Below, in pieces: positions 49,001 to 63,337 of a DNA stretch of 64,000 nucleotides. Every line of letters begins with the position of its first letter. Position 1 is the first letter of the stretch. The stretch is taken from assembly GCA_976226885.1 (NCBI GenBank), contig OZ320313.1:115816001-115880000 (forward strand). Reading direction: 5' to 3'. The position numbers and the translations under genes were made by a program. A model generated the notes under the pieces. The model ran no database searches. It saw only the letters and a program-made list of their open reading frames with translations, and was not told the DNA's origin. This stretch comes from Iphione sp. A-MEVVRFRX5. Lineage: Eukaryota.

Positions 49001-52000
49001 TACTGCCCGAGGAAGTTGGACAAGCATGGAAAGTAGCAAAGGATTTTGCTGACACAGATAATCACATATGGAGACACATCAAGTGTTGTCCTTGCATTAA
49101 TGCACGCGTGTAAAGAAAACTTTTTTTGGCGAAAAGACATGCTGTATTTTCGGCGGCTGAGTGGCAACCTACAGCAGAAAAAAAGGGGGTGACATATACG
49201 TCTACTTTTGCCAAACTTGGCTGTGTTAGAGAGAGAGAGGAACCGGTTTGATTAATCACGCCCATGCTCATGATGCTCGGGCTTGTCACTCACAACGTGA
49301 TATACTCACGGCGGCGACGTTCGTGTTCTCTTTCCCAATCTCCGCGATTGTACAATTCTTGGCAGAGAATCCCTAGACATTAGAAAATAGGGGAGAGAAA
49401 GAAGGGAAACTCAATGATAGGCTAACCAAACGTGTTCCTGTCTAGGTCTATCCTTCTTTCCAAGCCCACGTCTCTTTCACCATGAACCATCTGACCCAAA
49501 AGTAACCTGTTTCTTGAAAGACTATCACAACAACATCACACATATATACGAACATTCGACAACACCTAATAATGATATAGAAACAATAAAAGAATATGAA
49601 ATGTTGATTATTGTATCATGGGCTGAAAGTAGCATTATTGTAATATGGTGGTAGTCTGACTTCCTCTTATAAAACAAAAATAGTTATTGTAGCTAATATT
49701 TTATTTCATTATTTACAAAAAACCAAAGTGTTTCCACAAGAAAGAATACTACACATTTTCTCCTCTGTTTAGTCCAGGGGAGGGTTTCCAATTTAGTTTT
49801 TTTTTGGGGGGGGGGAATAAAATCTTCTTTCGTCGCCTCTTGCGCTTCAAAGTATATCATTCCATCGAATTATGTTTACCTAAGAGTAATCTATTATTTT
49901 TCATCGCTAGGTTTTTCCACCATAACATTGCCTATTCTTTCACCATGTGCACATCTCAACACTGTATGTCAGTAATGATTACCACTTCTTTCAACAGTTG
50001 TATAGAATTCTGTTTACTTGAAAATCTTTACCTGCACAGTGTACCTTTATGTATAACTTTTAACCTGTGCACTTTCTGTATTCGTCTGTCACCACCTCAT
50101 GGATCACCTCGGGTTGAATCAATGATTCATACAACCTTTATGGCAGTTTCATACAAACTTTATGGCAGTTCCGCTTGATGTACATGAGGACATGTTGTGT
50201 TAACATTTCTACCCGGCCTCCAGCTCACCAAAATACTTGTTTCGAGTGTACATAAAATACAAAAAAAGTGTATATTGGAAATATCAGTGGAAAACCCTCA
50301 AGAATCGAATACCTCGGCGTAAACATTTGAGGGAAGGTAGCAAGAATTCATGTCAGGAATACGATTACCAGATCCTATATTGGGAAGCATCATTGTGGCA
50401 GTGGCTGTTTTGTTGTAGTAAGTAATTACGAGATATTATTTCAGTAGGACCAAAAGTTATAATAAGCCTAGAGATGCTTCGTGTTGTACATGTGTGGGTT
50501 AACGTGTATGACTGTTGCTGCCGTCGTTATTTTTCCTGCTTAATCTACCCACGCTTTAGACGGTAGTCAAACATTAAGGCAGGTTCAGCTCATGCAGTTC
50601 TTTCTTGCAGCTCAAGTCTTCTCTGTGATCAACTGTTCAAAGAAGTCAGTAGGTCAGTGTTCCCAGGATCCACGTACCCATGAAAGAAGCATTCCCATCG
50701 TTTGAACACAGAAAAAGATACTGGTGTGGGTTTGGGGGGATAAGCAGATTTTTTTGTGTCTTTTATTCAAAAGTTTCCAAAACGGTGAGAATGAACAATA
50801 TCAATGGTCAACAGTTTAGTCTGTACAGACTCGTGTAGGTGCATAATTTTTCTCCATTACTGTGAATAGGTGGGAATATCACGGATGCATGGTCAGTACA
50901 CAGAGAACACAACATACCTATACATGTATACGGCGTGTACTAGAGTAGGATGACGGAAGACAGACAACAGTGTGTGAGCTTGGAAATGAGGGCGCCCATT
51001 TGTAAACATTCCATAAAATAAATACTCATCTTTCTCTTTATAATGACTCCTAGGGTTGGCTGGTTAGGAAGGAAAGTCAAGATGATAAGAATGCGCGAAT
51101 ATTAGAGAAATAGAGAATTACCAATTAAGTCAATCGAGTTACCAACGAGTTGCGCTTATAGCATGTCTAATTTATAGAAAGAGCTATAGAAAGAGAAGTA
51201 TTGGCAACAATATTTAAATCATTATTTAAAACCTTAATTAACCAGAACTCAATTTATTTTTGCTTCTTTCAAATTATTTATAATATGTTGTACATAGTAT
51301 TTACTATAATTGATTTTAATCACTTTATAACATTGTAGACAGCAGTAGAAACCACTAATACCACGGAAATACATATTGAGGCAAGCATATCGGTACCTTA
51401 AATAACATAGAAATGAGCCTATCTTGAAACAAAATTTCCATAATCTTAGCAAAAGAAATAAAGATAAAATAGTAAGTAGGTCAGAATTATCCTTATGTGA
51501 TAAAATGTCATCAGAAAAGTTAACTTAGGCTGCAAAGACCACAAAATTGTAAAATTAGTAGTGTTGTAGGTCCAAAATTAACCTTTCAAAAAATCATTGC
51601 ACCTTAAACTGCATTCTCAGATGATTTAATATTCTTTAAAGTATACACTAAAATTGACCTTAATTTCAAATATACAAGTAGGCCGTGCAATTACCAGCAT
51701 TGATGATTTAGAAAACTGATTGCCGGTACCACAACTATATTATGTATAAATTGAGGGCAAACAGTTTTTTTCGTGAAGAAAATTTTCTATAATAAATGGC
51801 CACAGTACTTCAGAAAAAGATAGGTATAGTGAAAAGTGTCAACGGATATATGTCGATACATGATGAAAAAAGTTAAACTGACGACTAATTCTGAAAATAA
51901 AAAGAATACGATAAGTATAAAAAAGTGTGCAGTGATATAGCTTAATGTGGTGAAAGAAGTTAAACCGCAACAATGAATTCTGGAATTAAAAGCATCAAAC

Positions 52001-55000
52001 CCATCTACAAAAGTGATGTTTTTTAAAGAAAAAAAGAACACACACATCAAATGCGTACGACCTAAAGAAAATAAATCAGTGATTACAAAATATCCAAACC
52101 AAAATATTAAGACTGAAATAAATGCTACCTGGAAAAAAGGCTATTAATACAAATGAAATATGTACAGAATTAACTACATTGTCATTATACTTACAAATTA
52201 CATCCGTAGCTTAAAAGTAAAAGGAAGGCAACAGTCACCTATGAATACAACGGTATTCTCCCTCAAGTCTACAGCGTGGATTTTGATATGAATACTTCGC
52301 TATAGGCATGGCCCCCTGTCTCACGCTTTACCCGTGTACAGGGATACAGGACACGACATTCGGATGGCAGTGCTGCTCTGGTTCAACGTGCATTTCCAAA
52401 AGGATAAACATGGAAATCTTAAATTTCCTAAGAATAATGCTGACACAAACCAACAACGTTTTTTCCCTACACTGTTTTGCAACGTTCTCAACAACAAAAC
52501 AACAACTTTGATTTGCCTTTATGTACCCGCTCCTTTCGGTTCCGTCAGTTCTCCTTTCCCTTCTGTTCACCTATAGTTCCAGGTCAGACACACACACGAT
52601 GTGCACTAGCCATCCAGCCTCAGTATATGGCGCGGATCATCACGTTAGCTAACCGACATATGCTTCCTCAGCACTTCGGACTTTCCAACCGCAACCTGAG
52701 ACGGTGACCACTGGAAGACCCACAACCTCATGACATTTGAAGAATTACTCGAAAGCAAATGGTAAAGGGAGCTCTCTTGTCTGTGGAACTCTAGGATACA
52801 TACTGTATTCCATTCACTGCCTAGCACAAAGTATCTTGACCAGAAAGGTGGTGGGTGGTACACATACCTGTCCAGTGGTTTATAAGCTGTTTTTTCTGCA
52901 AGCTATATTAGGAAGGCCTAAAATTTAATTGTTTCGTGAAATAATAGTTCTGTATATGAAAATGTAAAGAAGCCGTTAATGCTTATCGAGATGTTGTCTA
53001 TGCGAAAATTAAAACTCGAGGGGTGGGGGGTGATAGGGATTTAAACCCCCCCCCCTGCCACCCTCGTCTCTCTATGCCCCTACCATCCCCCAAGTACATT
53101 ATTGTATGTAATTGTACTGTCATTGTTCTGGTAATTTAGTGTGATTCAGATTAAATCTTACCAGGACTGGGTAAGGGTTTGGACCCAGGTCCCCATCATG
53201 ACCTGCCCTCTCCATACTTGCCCATGTAAGCCTGTTTTCAAATGTATCCGTACCAAAAAGACGTCTCCGGGTCCAGAGTCGTGAAATACCTCCTGCTGGT
53301 CTGTTTTGTATGGATACCAGATGATCCTTCAACACTGTCTTCTATTGAAAACGGATCCATATCCATACAAAATCCATTGCCAGCGGATTTGAAAATGGAT
53401 GTGTCCGTATCCGTTTTATAACAGGTACATGTATATGTAAATAGGTTAGTACAATTGTTATAGGGTGAATAAAATCCATCTACGGATCCATACCCGTTTT
53501 AGACAAATACGGATAGAAGTGAACACCGCCTAAGGCTGGTACTCCTATCCACTGTTCCAGGGTCCACACTATATAAGAAGATAGAGAGAGAAACTGGTTT
53601 GTCCACTACCAACTAATTCACAGCCATCTCATCTGAAGGGTGGGTGGTGGTAGCGGTGGGCATGGGGGACGGCCAGGTCTGACTGAAAGGGGAGGGGGGG
53701 AGTAGGAAGACCCACTTGATGGGTCGACGGGGTGGGTGGCTGGGTGGGGGGGTGCATAACAAATCCATTGTGCCCCCTTTCTCCCTATATCTCTACAAGC
53801 CTTCTGAACTGAATAGGTATATGACTCTAAAACCTAAACTGATCCGACCATACCTTGTAGACATATTCAACGTGCATATTGTACAGTTGTGAAGGGTGGT
53901 ATTGTGGAGGGGGTATGAAGGCCACCTCCTCTATCAACTCAGATCGTTCAGTCGTGATTAGCTGCCTACCCTAGCCTTCTAAACTGAGAGCAGGGACATG
54001 AGAACCACCTCGGCTCGCGCCTTGGTGGACCAAACTCTCTTTAATTACTAAATCGGTAAATTGCACAGTTCAGGGTAGGGTAGTTTTAATCAGATAAAGT
54101 GCTCAGACAAGCGATTACTGTTTAAATAATGTCCTTGTCAGTTAGGTGACTTGGACATTATAGGCAGTAATTGCCTGTCCTTGAACTTTATCTAATACAG
54201 ATACCGAGAGAGAATGCAGGGTTGGTTTAAATATAGATACATGTACATTCTATCACCCCAACCAGTGTATGCTATGAGATCAGTGCTGCTTATTGCTCAT
54301 TGAGTCACCAACATAGAGAAATTATCAGAGATATATTTATAATTATCATTTTTGTGTGCCTCACCAATGCGAAGGAAATGAAAGATACTGTGACGTACCC
54401 ACACAGAAGCGCAAAGGCAGGAACTGAGTTGCTTGTTTACTTATTTATTTGTTTATGAGTGGGGAAACACTTAGCAGTAGAATAAATGTTCGTCGATTTG
54501 ATTCTTCCACCTGAAGATAGAGGACCGTTGATCATTAGTCAGCATTTTCAGTCAATGCAAATAAATCAAGATTCCGCATGCGTAGAGGTCGATGTTTACG
54601 TTTGCGTGACAGCTTAGTATGTGCAGATAACCACTGGAGGGCGCATGCTGAGCTGTGCCGTCAGGTGCGGACTGCTCGTGGTATGCGTCAAGTTCCCTTC
54701 GTGTACTGGAGAGGAAAAAGTGGAGACTCCACGTGGCAAGGCCTGTTGATGCATAGGGGGTTGTGTTTGAGGAAATGGCGAGGGGTCTATACGCAGTGCG
54801 TCATTATGTGTTTCAGCTGCTGCTGATGCATATGGAGCAGCAAGAGGGAAGCTATGTCGTCCTTAGTCATACTCCAACCATAACAACTGGTTATACTATC
54901 AAGCAGTGGCTAACATTAGTTCGTTTGTATAATTCCAATGGCCTTATGTGTGCTTATATTCATATCATAATATGGAAATGCCATGTACTGATTACTAAAT

Positions 55001-55139
55001 TACGATAAATGCATTACAATACCTAAGATGCATCCACGCTTATTAATGTGGCCATTTTCATAACAATAAGCCCAACTTTGATAAACAGACGGTATAGCTT
55101 AGTTTAACACAGTATTGCATATTAGAAGAGCAAAGGAGT

Positions 55140-55520
55140 AATTATGAAAACAGGAACTCCAACCCTAATCTCTGCATAAAGAGTTGGCGAGGAGAAGGAA
55201 GTGCGAAAAGGCGAAAGTTCGGACTGAGCTGAAAATCTGGTATTTTTTCCTCTATGACGGCGTGGCCTACCATGCGCTTTGACTTCAGGTAGTCAACATA
55301 ATGACAAACGGCTGTTTCACTCGGCACTGCCTAGTTCAAGCCTGTGGTTTCTACACACGAAGCTTTCGGGCGAGGCCTTCTCAGAACGTCTTCGCGAGCA
55401 TCTCATCGCGGCAGGGAGGAGGACGTGAGCTGCTCATGTTGATACGCCAACTGTTCATGCTTACGGTGTAGCCTGAGGCCGAGGACGTGGCAAACTGGTC
55501 TTCACGGTATGAGTGCCTAA
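55140..55520 (-). pseudogene. Possible decayed DIRS-like recombinase N-terminal fragment
   Basis: FVCRNHRL / AVPSETAVCHYVDYLKSK resembles FC..hgl..pase..l..fv..L; broken by stops. Confidence 0.25.
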
Positions 55521-56419
55521 CAAGGAGGACCTCACTCAAGAAAAAGTACTTTATCCGCCGCGCATATTCCTTACCTCTTCCTCTGCTCATATCGCTGTGT
55601 TCCTTTCCTCTTATTACCTTCATGCTATCTTTCTAGCGATACGGCTCTCATTCAAACACTACCCTGTGGTATTGTGTACCACTGACCCGTGCCAAGATAA
55701 TATCACGCGATTCCACATAGGGCCTTGCAACGTTTATAGCTACCGCAAATGTGCACTAGCATTCTTTAGCGCAGCAAGGCCTGTTGCTTTCGTGATATGT
55801 TCCCTCTTCATAAACAATGAATCTGGTCGTAACAGGTGAACTAAACGTATAGAAATGAACGCTACCGACGCCCAGTATTATCGCTGCTAGAGTGAAAACA
55901 GTGTTTCGGGTGAAATGCCAACCTTGCATATACACTGTAGTTAGACGATTATTGGATTCATACCGGAATGGGTTTCCTTCCTAAATATAAGTTGTCAGCT
56001 GCCGGTGAAGATAACAAATAGCCTGCCTGATAGCTTTTCATAATCTTCAAGTCGTTTGGATCCATAGGGAATTGTCTAATGTCAAGCTATGAATGTGGGG
56101 GGAAAGCTCGGTGTTCTGCAGCCATATCGGGCCGACGTGCAGGTCAGGCACGCTACTGTAGGTCGACACACGGGGTCGCTGGCTGCCCAGATAAGCTTCA
56201 GAAGCTCAACCCTTCAGGCTCGGAGTTGGCGTTCCAAAATGAACGCTTTAAGCACTGCAAGGCTGGGCATCCTTGAAATTAGATGGGTGTGTTTTGCAGA
56301 GCTGAACAGGGCAAAACTGGCGGCCAGCAAAGAGAGGAGTAATTCTTCAGTTTCGATGGTCCTCTCCTACAGCAGGCCCGCCTGTTTGAGCTGAACATGA
56401 CTAATAAACCTCACCAAGT

Positions 56420-56640
56420 AGGCAGCGCCACCTGGCCACAGGTGTTGTGTGACCTTTGACCTTTGTGAGCACACCACCGGAAGTAACATGCCTGTCTGAC
56501 GCCCTGCGCGGGCCATGCTGCTCACTACCAATGGGGTTGCGATAAAATGCGTATGTCGTGAGGCACACTTGGTTAAATTACCTACAGCGTATTACTTTTC
56601 TGCCATAAGCTGGATGTATGACGCCAGAATGGCGGTCAGC
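56420..56640. promoter_or_regulatory. Dense cluster of TF-like motifs
   Basis: GCAGCGCCACCTGGCC (partial CTCF-like), perfect DR1 TGACCTTTGACCT (56450-56462), CCGGAAGT (56477-56484), CCAAT (56528-56532), AATGGCGG (56628-56635). Confidence 0.3.
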
Positions 56641-58099
56641 TTATTTTGTGTAGAAATAATATTTCCCTTCAGTGACCTGTTAGAAGACATTTCCCAAACA
56701 AGCAGGTACTAAGCCAAGCCATTTCGGCTTTTGTAGTTTTGATGAAAAATTTGTCAAGCATGCATGTAGGAGTACTATATATCATACCTCGGAACTTTGG
56801 TTAGAGCATACAATTTATGAGTGAAATGTGAAATATGTTTATAATAACTCATGGCAGCCTTCGTGCTTTTAGGTGCAGCATTGCAACGTTGATTTCCCTT
56901 TGAAAATCAGCACCACCTATTTGTAGTTCTAAAAACATTCGGTCATATTGGCTATATAGACATTTACGGTAACCCTAAATTCTACTTTCAAATCGAAAAT
57001 TAAGTTATTAAAACACATATCGCTTAGAAATTTGTAGTAAGCTTTAGGAAGCTCATTTGTAATGCTGACGCAACTAAAACTCCCCCGCGCACTTGCGAAT
57101 TGACAATTCATCAATTCGCATATGACTACACATCAGTTCTCATTCATACATTATATAGGAAAGCCATGGCGAGAGTATACGTATAGAAAACTCATGGGTT
57201 TCAAGATAGATTCGTGTTTCATTCACTCTCGTAGATCCAACATGATCTCCAGGAGATCAAGCGAACTAATAAGTGATACGTATACCAGTCAGTCTAAACG
57301 TCTTCTTACCTTTGAAATGCGACTGCCTCGACAGGTCTTTTCCTGAAAGTTATTACCTTGCCTACTCTTAACCACTTTTGCATCACATGCGCCAGCGGAG
57401 TAATCACTCAACCACCCGTCGCTTCAAACTCTCTGGTTGGAGATAGCTCAGACAGTTGCCCTCAATCCTGCGCATTTCAAGGATTGCGTCTGCTTTATGC
57501 ATTCAAAAGGCCCACTGGGAAGATCAGGGGCAGTAGTGGGTTTTTATTCATACAAAGCTGTTGTCAAGGCTACTACTATCAGTGAAGGGATTCGATTCAA
57601 TGATTTCAGCTGAATTTCGGAAACTAATGTGATTTCACCGAAGCATGAGATTCCTGTGTACATACAGAACATCTCATTTTTCAAATGTAATTACCGGTCG
57701 TTTGGGGTTATTTTTTAAGTTTTCTGGGGATTTTGCCTCTTCTGGGACACGAATCGTGATAAATGGTTCGGATTTCCTGGCTCCCTTATGTTTTGCATGC
57801 ATGACCTGCTAGGGACAGTGGACAGTGACAAAACGACAAGAACCACTTGGTCATTATATTTGAATGAGTATAACAGGACATCAGTGAAATTGAGCCGAAA
57901 GGACCGCAGAGACAAGAGCACACGTATCAAACACTAAATTTGAATGGAGGGTGTTTTGTCAACGGGTCAGTAAAATTAATGGCTGGGAGTGGGACCTGGT
58001 GACTTTACGCACGAAGGGACACACAGATGGATAGCGCTATCTCCATACCAGAATTAGTAGCAGTTGCCACAACCAGGCGCTTCCACTAGGGAGGGGGAA

Positions 58100-58480
58100 A
58101 CGGGTGACTTCCAATTGATTGAACGCCATCCTCTCAGCCCCCCCACCCTCCCTCCCTCACTCCCTCTGTCCCTCCCTCCCTCCCTCCTCCCCCCCGCCTC
58201 CTCTGACATCCCAAGGCTGTCCGATTTTCCCACTCTTGCATCCCCTCCATACTGCGCTCGGAGAGAGCAGTGTGATTGAACGGGTCCAAGATGGCGTTTT
58301 CAGGTAATTCGCCAGCTTGTGGGGATTAGAGAGGCGGGAAGAAAGCCGTTCGGATGACGCCCGCACCGCGCCCGCCCGTGTCAATATGGCTGCCGTATAA
58401 CTTCCTGCTGGCACCCCTCCCCCACAACCACCACACACACGCCCTAAGGCGCTACGCGCAGCGCGCAGATAGCTACACTG
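58100..58480 (+). promoter_or_regulatory. GC-rich promoter-like region with a candidate first micro-exon (ATG GCG TTT TCA G|GTAATT, 58291-58303) of a divergent plus-strand gene
   Basis: C-rich tract, CpG enrichment, YY1-like AAGATGGCG overlapping a Kozak-like ATG, second YY1-like AATATGGCTGCC and ETS-like ACTTCCTG nearby. No downstream exon identified. Confidence 0.35.
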
Positions 58481-60069
58481 GATGGGTTAGTAGTGGTCGC
58501 CAGGACTGGGACGGGCGACCACTACCATTATCGTCAAACACGAGATCAATAGTCCGGCCGCGCCGTTCAGCCCCAGCGCGATCGAGCCTTTATCTCACCC
58601 TCCTCTCTGTCCCGCTACATACGGCCTTCGTTGCCGTCCAGTTGCAGATGGCACGATTGACGAGCGCTGCCTTAATGTGCATCTTGACCACCGAAGACCA
58701 GAGAGCGGGGTGTCGCTGATGGCCCAACACACCAACGATGCCATTGCTGGCCAGTTCAATCCCCTGTTATGGCCATGCCTGCCCAATGCTGGAATAGAGA
58801 TAGGCCATATAACAAGGCGGACACTGGGCACAATTCTTACGATTCGGCCGTTACTTAGGGGTTGAAAACTCGCCAGCCTCTTGGCTGAAACTTTTTTCCT
58901 GGTGAAGAGGACATGATTCGGTGTGGAAAGCGAAAGGTGGTAAATATTGAACCATGTTTGTTCGATAATTTCGATATTCACTTTCGCTCCACTATGTGAA
59001 TACGAACTGCTCCGAACTGAAAGAATTATTCGACGGAGGGTTTTTAATGTCTACGGTAATTTACCTAGATAGTTTAGAGTCATTAATGTTCTGGTTTATT
59101 ATTTTTGAAACACCATAATTCATCTTTCTATTATTGTATTTATTTCTTCGTGGCCTCTTTGTCCTTTAAACTAAAATTCAATCAGGATCGGCGAACCACT
59201 AATTAACATGAGTATCTGTTCAACTGAGGGCATTTTGAACGAAGGGATAAGAGCACTGACATCAATTAATGATGTTCTTTGTTGTCCTTTTAATCAAGCT
59301 TGTTTGAAAAGGTGTTTCTAACTGGGGGGGGGGTCTTTGTAGCCTTATTCTATGTAGCCCCTGACATCAGGGAATTTCCCTACATTAAATCATACGGACT
59401 TACGTCTAAGCCGTTTATGCAGTCAGCCAGTGAATGCCGAAGGAACTTCTCATGAAAGTGTTGCCCCGATCAGTCAAGGTAGGCCTGGTCTTCGAAGGGG
59501 ACGCCACTGTGGCGATAAGCTCTTCTTTCAGTGGCTGTCCCCTCTCTGTGAGCAGCTCAAACAGTAATAGGCCGCGGCCGGGTGCGTCGTGAGCGGCCTA
59601 GCGGGACGCAAACCTCACAGGGAATAGCACGGGTAAAATCTCCGTGGTTGTATGTAATCTGTTCTCTGTGTGTCTTGGTAGTTTTGACTACGCTAGAGGA
59701 AAGAGAACGTTTATTGTGCGTGACCTCCGCTCATACATGCATGTATGCATGCAAGGTGAGGGCTTACAGCACATACGAAAAACCACTCAAATGCTTCGTC
59801 GAATGTACAGGCAACGGGAGACAGCAGTTGTTGAAAGACATGTCCCTTAGTATTGTTCGTAAGTGAGATAAGTTAGCGACTCTGATGTACAAAACGTTTG
59901 CCCGGGCGCTGCAGCCACTGCACGGAGACCAGACATTTGATGCACCACCTTTACTGAAGCGATGGTTACTCTTGCCAATTTTTACGGAAAACACCTCCCG
60001 AATAAATATTCTCTTCTATTACATTTTAACAGAGACGAACATATTCGTTGCTTGCACTGTGTAATTTTC

Positions 60070-60240
60070 TTACGTGAAAGATAGACAGAAACACAGAGGG
60101 GGGAAAGGGAGAAGGAAAAAAGATGGTAAGAAAGAACAAGCAAGAGAGAGACAGTGAAAGAGAAGGAGGAAAAGAAAGAGCGCCTGGGAAAGAAAGAGAA
60201 GGAAAAGAGGAGGGGGAAAGGGAGAGGTTGAAGAAGAAAG
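60070..60240. repeat. Purine-rich (G/A) low-complexity tract
   Basis: Almost pure G/A on the plus strand; explains the F/S/L-rich spurious minus-strand ORFs. Confidence 0.85.
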
Positions 60241-60899
60241 TCCAGTTCGGCTTCAATCCACAACGACGCTTCCAATGTGTTCCTACTCCGCCTTAAAAGG
60301 TAGAGCCACATAATTATTTCTTCCACGACATACCATTTTCACAAGCAAAATAGACACCAACCAGTTTCTTATTTAATCTCATTTCCTAAAAATGAATGAA
60401 TAAGTACATAGTTTGCTGTCTTAACTTCACATCGATTATATAATATGTCAAATTATGAACACTAAAGAACAATTCAATGTATTATTTGTAACAAAAATCA
60501 TCCAATAATTCTGCTCTTCGATTATAGAATCAGATTCAAACCAGATATGTATTTTCAAAACGATTTCAGTTCTCCGGAGAAAATTATATTTATTTACAAG
60601 TTAAATTTATGTGTTCAAAGGGCACTTAAATTATGTTGCTGTAATAACTCAATAGATGATTTTTTTATATATAACATAACCCATCAGATGACTCAAAAGT
60701 CCCTTATTAGGAAATGGAATATGTTAAAAACAAGCTTTTAAATTGATCCTTCAGATGCATATTTACCGCCGAATACTGCACTTTTTTAAGGTCTTTAAGC
60801 TGTTTATGAAGGTATCGCGTCTTATTTAGCCCCTGTCATTGGACTTTTATCTGTTTGTTTGAATGTATACTTTGTCTTGTCACTGCATACAACTACTTG

Positions 60900-61080
60900 T
60901 GTATTTATTCACCACGCGTGTGGCCTGCAGCCATAATGGCATGCACATAACGCTTCACTACCTGCAGCGAGATGCCATAGATGATGACGCAAATTTTCCA
61001 GAGAACGCATCGGACAGACGGCACGAACATGTGAACAGGAGGTATGGGGAGATACAGGCTCGATAGTGTGGTATCATTTT
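60900..61080 (+). pseudogene. Possible PIF/Harbinger transposase C-terminal remnant
   Basis: IMAC/ITLHYL followed by an acidic stretch (DAIDDD) and G..QAR resembles the DDE_Tnp_4 tail acxxLHN...G...R; frameshifted. Confidence 0.2.
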
Positions 61081-62833
61081 CTCGTCTATCTGCGCCACTC
61101 AAACCTTCAATATCTCCATACATTAAGAAAGGATGCTTTAGGTAACCAAAAGACTTACATGCCCTTCCATTTCTTTCCTCAGTTAAGGTGATGTACATGT
61201 ACATGTAATCAGCACGGAACCACAATAATAGTTGAATTAACCATTTAATTACATAACATTCATTTAATGGCGAAAACTTCGTTGTGTAGCACAATGTAAG
61301 ATATTGTACTGAATGTAGCTATAGCCGTGAGGTTGCTGCTGTAGAGAAAGTCCAGAACATGTATAATATTCACCAACACCTCCCGCAAACCCTAGGCGTG
61401 GTTGGTCCGCCTATGCAGGTAACGTGCTAATAATGTACAAGACGGGTGGGTGGATAAGGATGTGTTCCTGTGTCCCGACCTCACCTTCTGTAGCTCCCTT
61501 AAACATGAACACCTGGACGCTAATCCTAAGGCAATTAGTGGTGCCCGAGAGGCGGATATACCCGGGTCATGACTGTAAAGCATTCTTAGAAGAGGGGATG
61601 CTGGTGAAGCACTAGTCGACCTTCCTCGAAATTCCCTGAACGTTTGCTACTCGGTATGAAGATAAGGACACCAAATTGCTAGGGATTTGGACGAGGTGTA
61701 TTTCCCTCGATAACGTACAGATACATTAAGAAGAAAAACCTTTTTGTCGTAATCGGGAAATAATGTAATTTGTCACCTGTGTGTGTATGTGTGTGTTTGT
61801 AGGAACAGAAAGTGATCGCTCTGCCACTATCAGCTCAACTCGAGAGGAAGAAGTATGAGAATGCTTACTGGCCAGCTCGTTGGGTTAAACCACTTGTGCC
61901 CACTGACGTAAGCACATATTTGTGCACTCACTTTGCGGCTCAAGCATTCCACCATGAACGTCTGCTACTAGTTTAAAGTCCCGCTATCTTAAGGCTATTA
62001 GGCCTACCCACACCTACTCTACACGGAGCTGAACACACTACACTTTACAACCCAGCCATAGAAAAGCACACGTGTTTCATAGAACAAACTGCTGTTCTTA
62101 CTGTATAGAATACAACATCGCCTACTGCTTTACGCGTATTATCTTGCCAAACTAGAGGACGCGTTTTTGTAAAGTGGAAATCCGATTAAAGCACTAAACG
62201 ATAGACTGATTATATATTAAATTTGTGGTTAGACAGATCACCGTTACATCAGGAGCATCCATACTCCTCACCCTTGTTTTCTTTTTAGACTACCTGTAAA
62301 CATTCATCAAAAATCCCTCGCAATCTATAGGTCAGCTGGTTCATCTATTCTATCATAGCTTGCATTCAACGTCGTGAAGTGTTTTGCACATGTTCTGCCA
62401 AAATTAAGTAGAAGTCTTATCGAGACACCTGCAGAAATACACTTTCCTTACTTGTTCTGACATATATCCGACGGTCCTATTACGAAAACTGTCAATGTAT
62501 CATGAACGATAAGAAATTCATCACAAATAAATACTATTTCGAGATAGACGTCTGATGTAACACAGAATCCGGACCGTCACCGAAAGTGATATTGATAAAA
62601 TGTCTATGAAAAAATCAACCCATATTTCAAATAAGATGAGATCGGTAGATTCATTCGGAGGAAAATATTCGGAACAAGGATTCTGCAGTACGCTACCATT
62701 CCAGAGTCACTGGAGGAACTGCTTGACCCGCCCTCTGGTAACAAATTGCATGAAATTTTCTGGCGCCCTCTCTGGAAAGAACCTTGTAACATAGTCTTTC
62801 GATGTTGAATACCTGTGATGATTTCCTATAAAT

Positions 62834-62847
62834 TCTCTCTCCCTCTC

Positions 62848-62888
<41 letters not shown>
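62834..62888. repeat. (TC)n microsatellite
   Basis: Directly visible, two interruptions. Confidence 0.97.
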
Positions 62889-62890
<2 letters not shown>

Positions 62891-63320
62891 ATATGTGTGT
62901 ATATGGAGAGGGAGATAGTGACAGGTAGAAAAATGAAATAAATAATACATTCAAATACATTTTATTAGTAGTGTCTATTTAGATCTGCTCTGGTGTATCT
63001 AGACGATTGTTACTTTTGAGTCGCATTCTAGACACGATTCAGTAAAAGCATTTAAAAATGAAAGGCAATCACACAACGGAGGTAATGTTAAAGACGGAAG
63101 GTTATGTGGCACATATTGATTGTGAGAAATGAGATATATTGTACCTCAAGATAGGCTTTCAAGATACAAAGTGTGAGCAATATAAAATTCGCATTTTTGT
63201 TATATGGTCATATTGTTTTCGTGAAACATGATGGCATAGTTTATCGAGAAACATGTTTAATACAATCTTCCACCACTATAGTAGCCCGGCGAGAAAGTGG
63301 TTGAAGAGTTGTTGGAAATA

Positions 63321-63337
63321 ACACCAGGTGGCAGTAC
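63321..63337 (+). promoter_or_regulatory. CTCF-like motif
   Basis: ACACCAGGTGGCAGTAC. Confidence 0.3.

Noticed and set aside
59982-60326. Hydrophobic F/S/L-rich ORFs
   Set aside because: Artefact of the G/A low-complexity tract.
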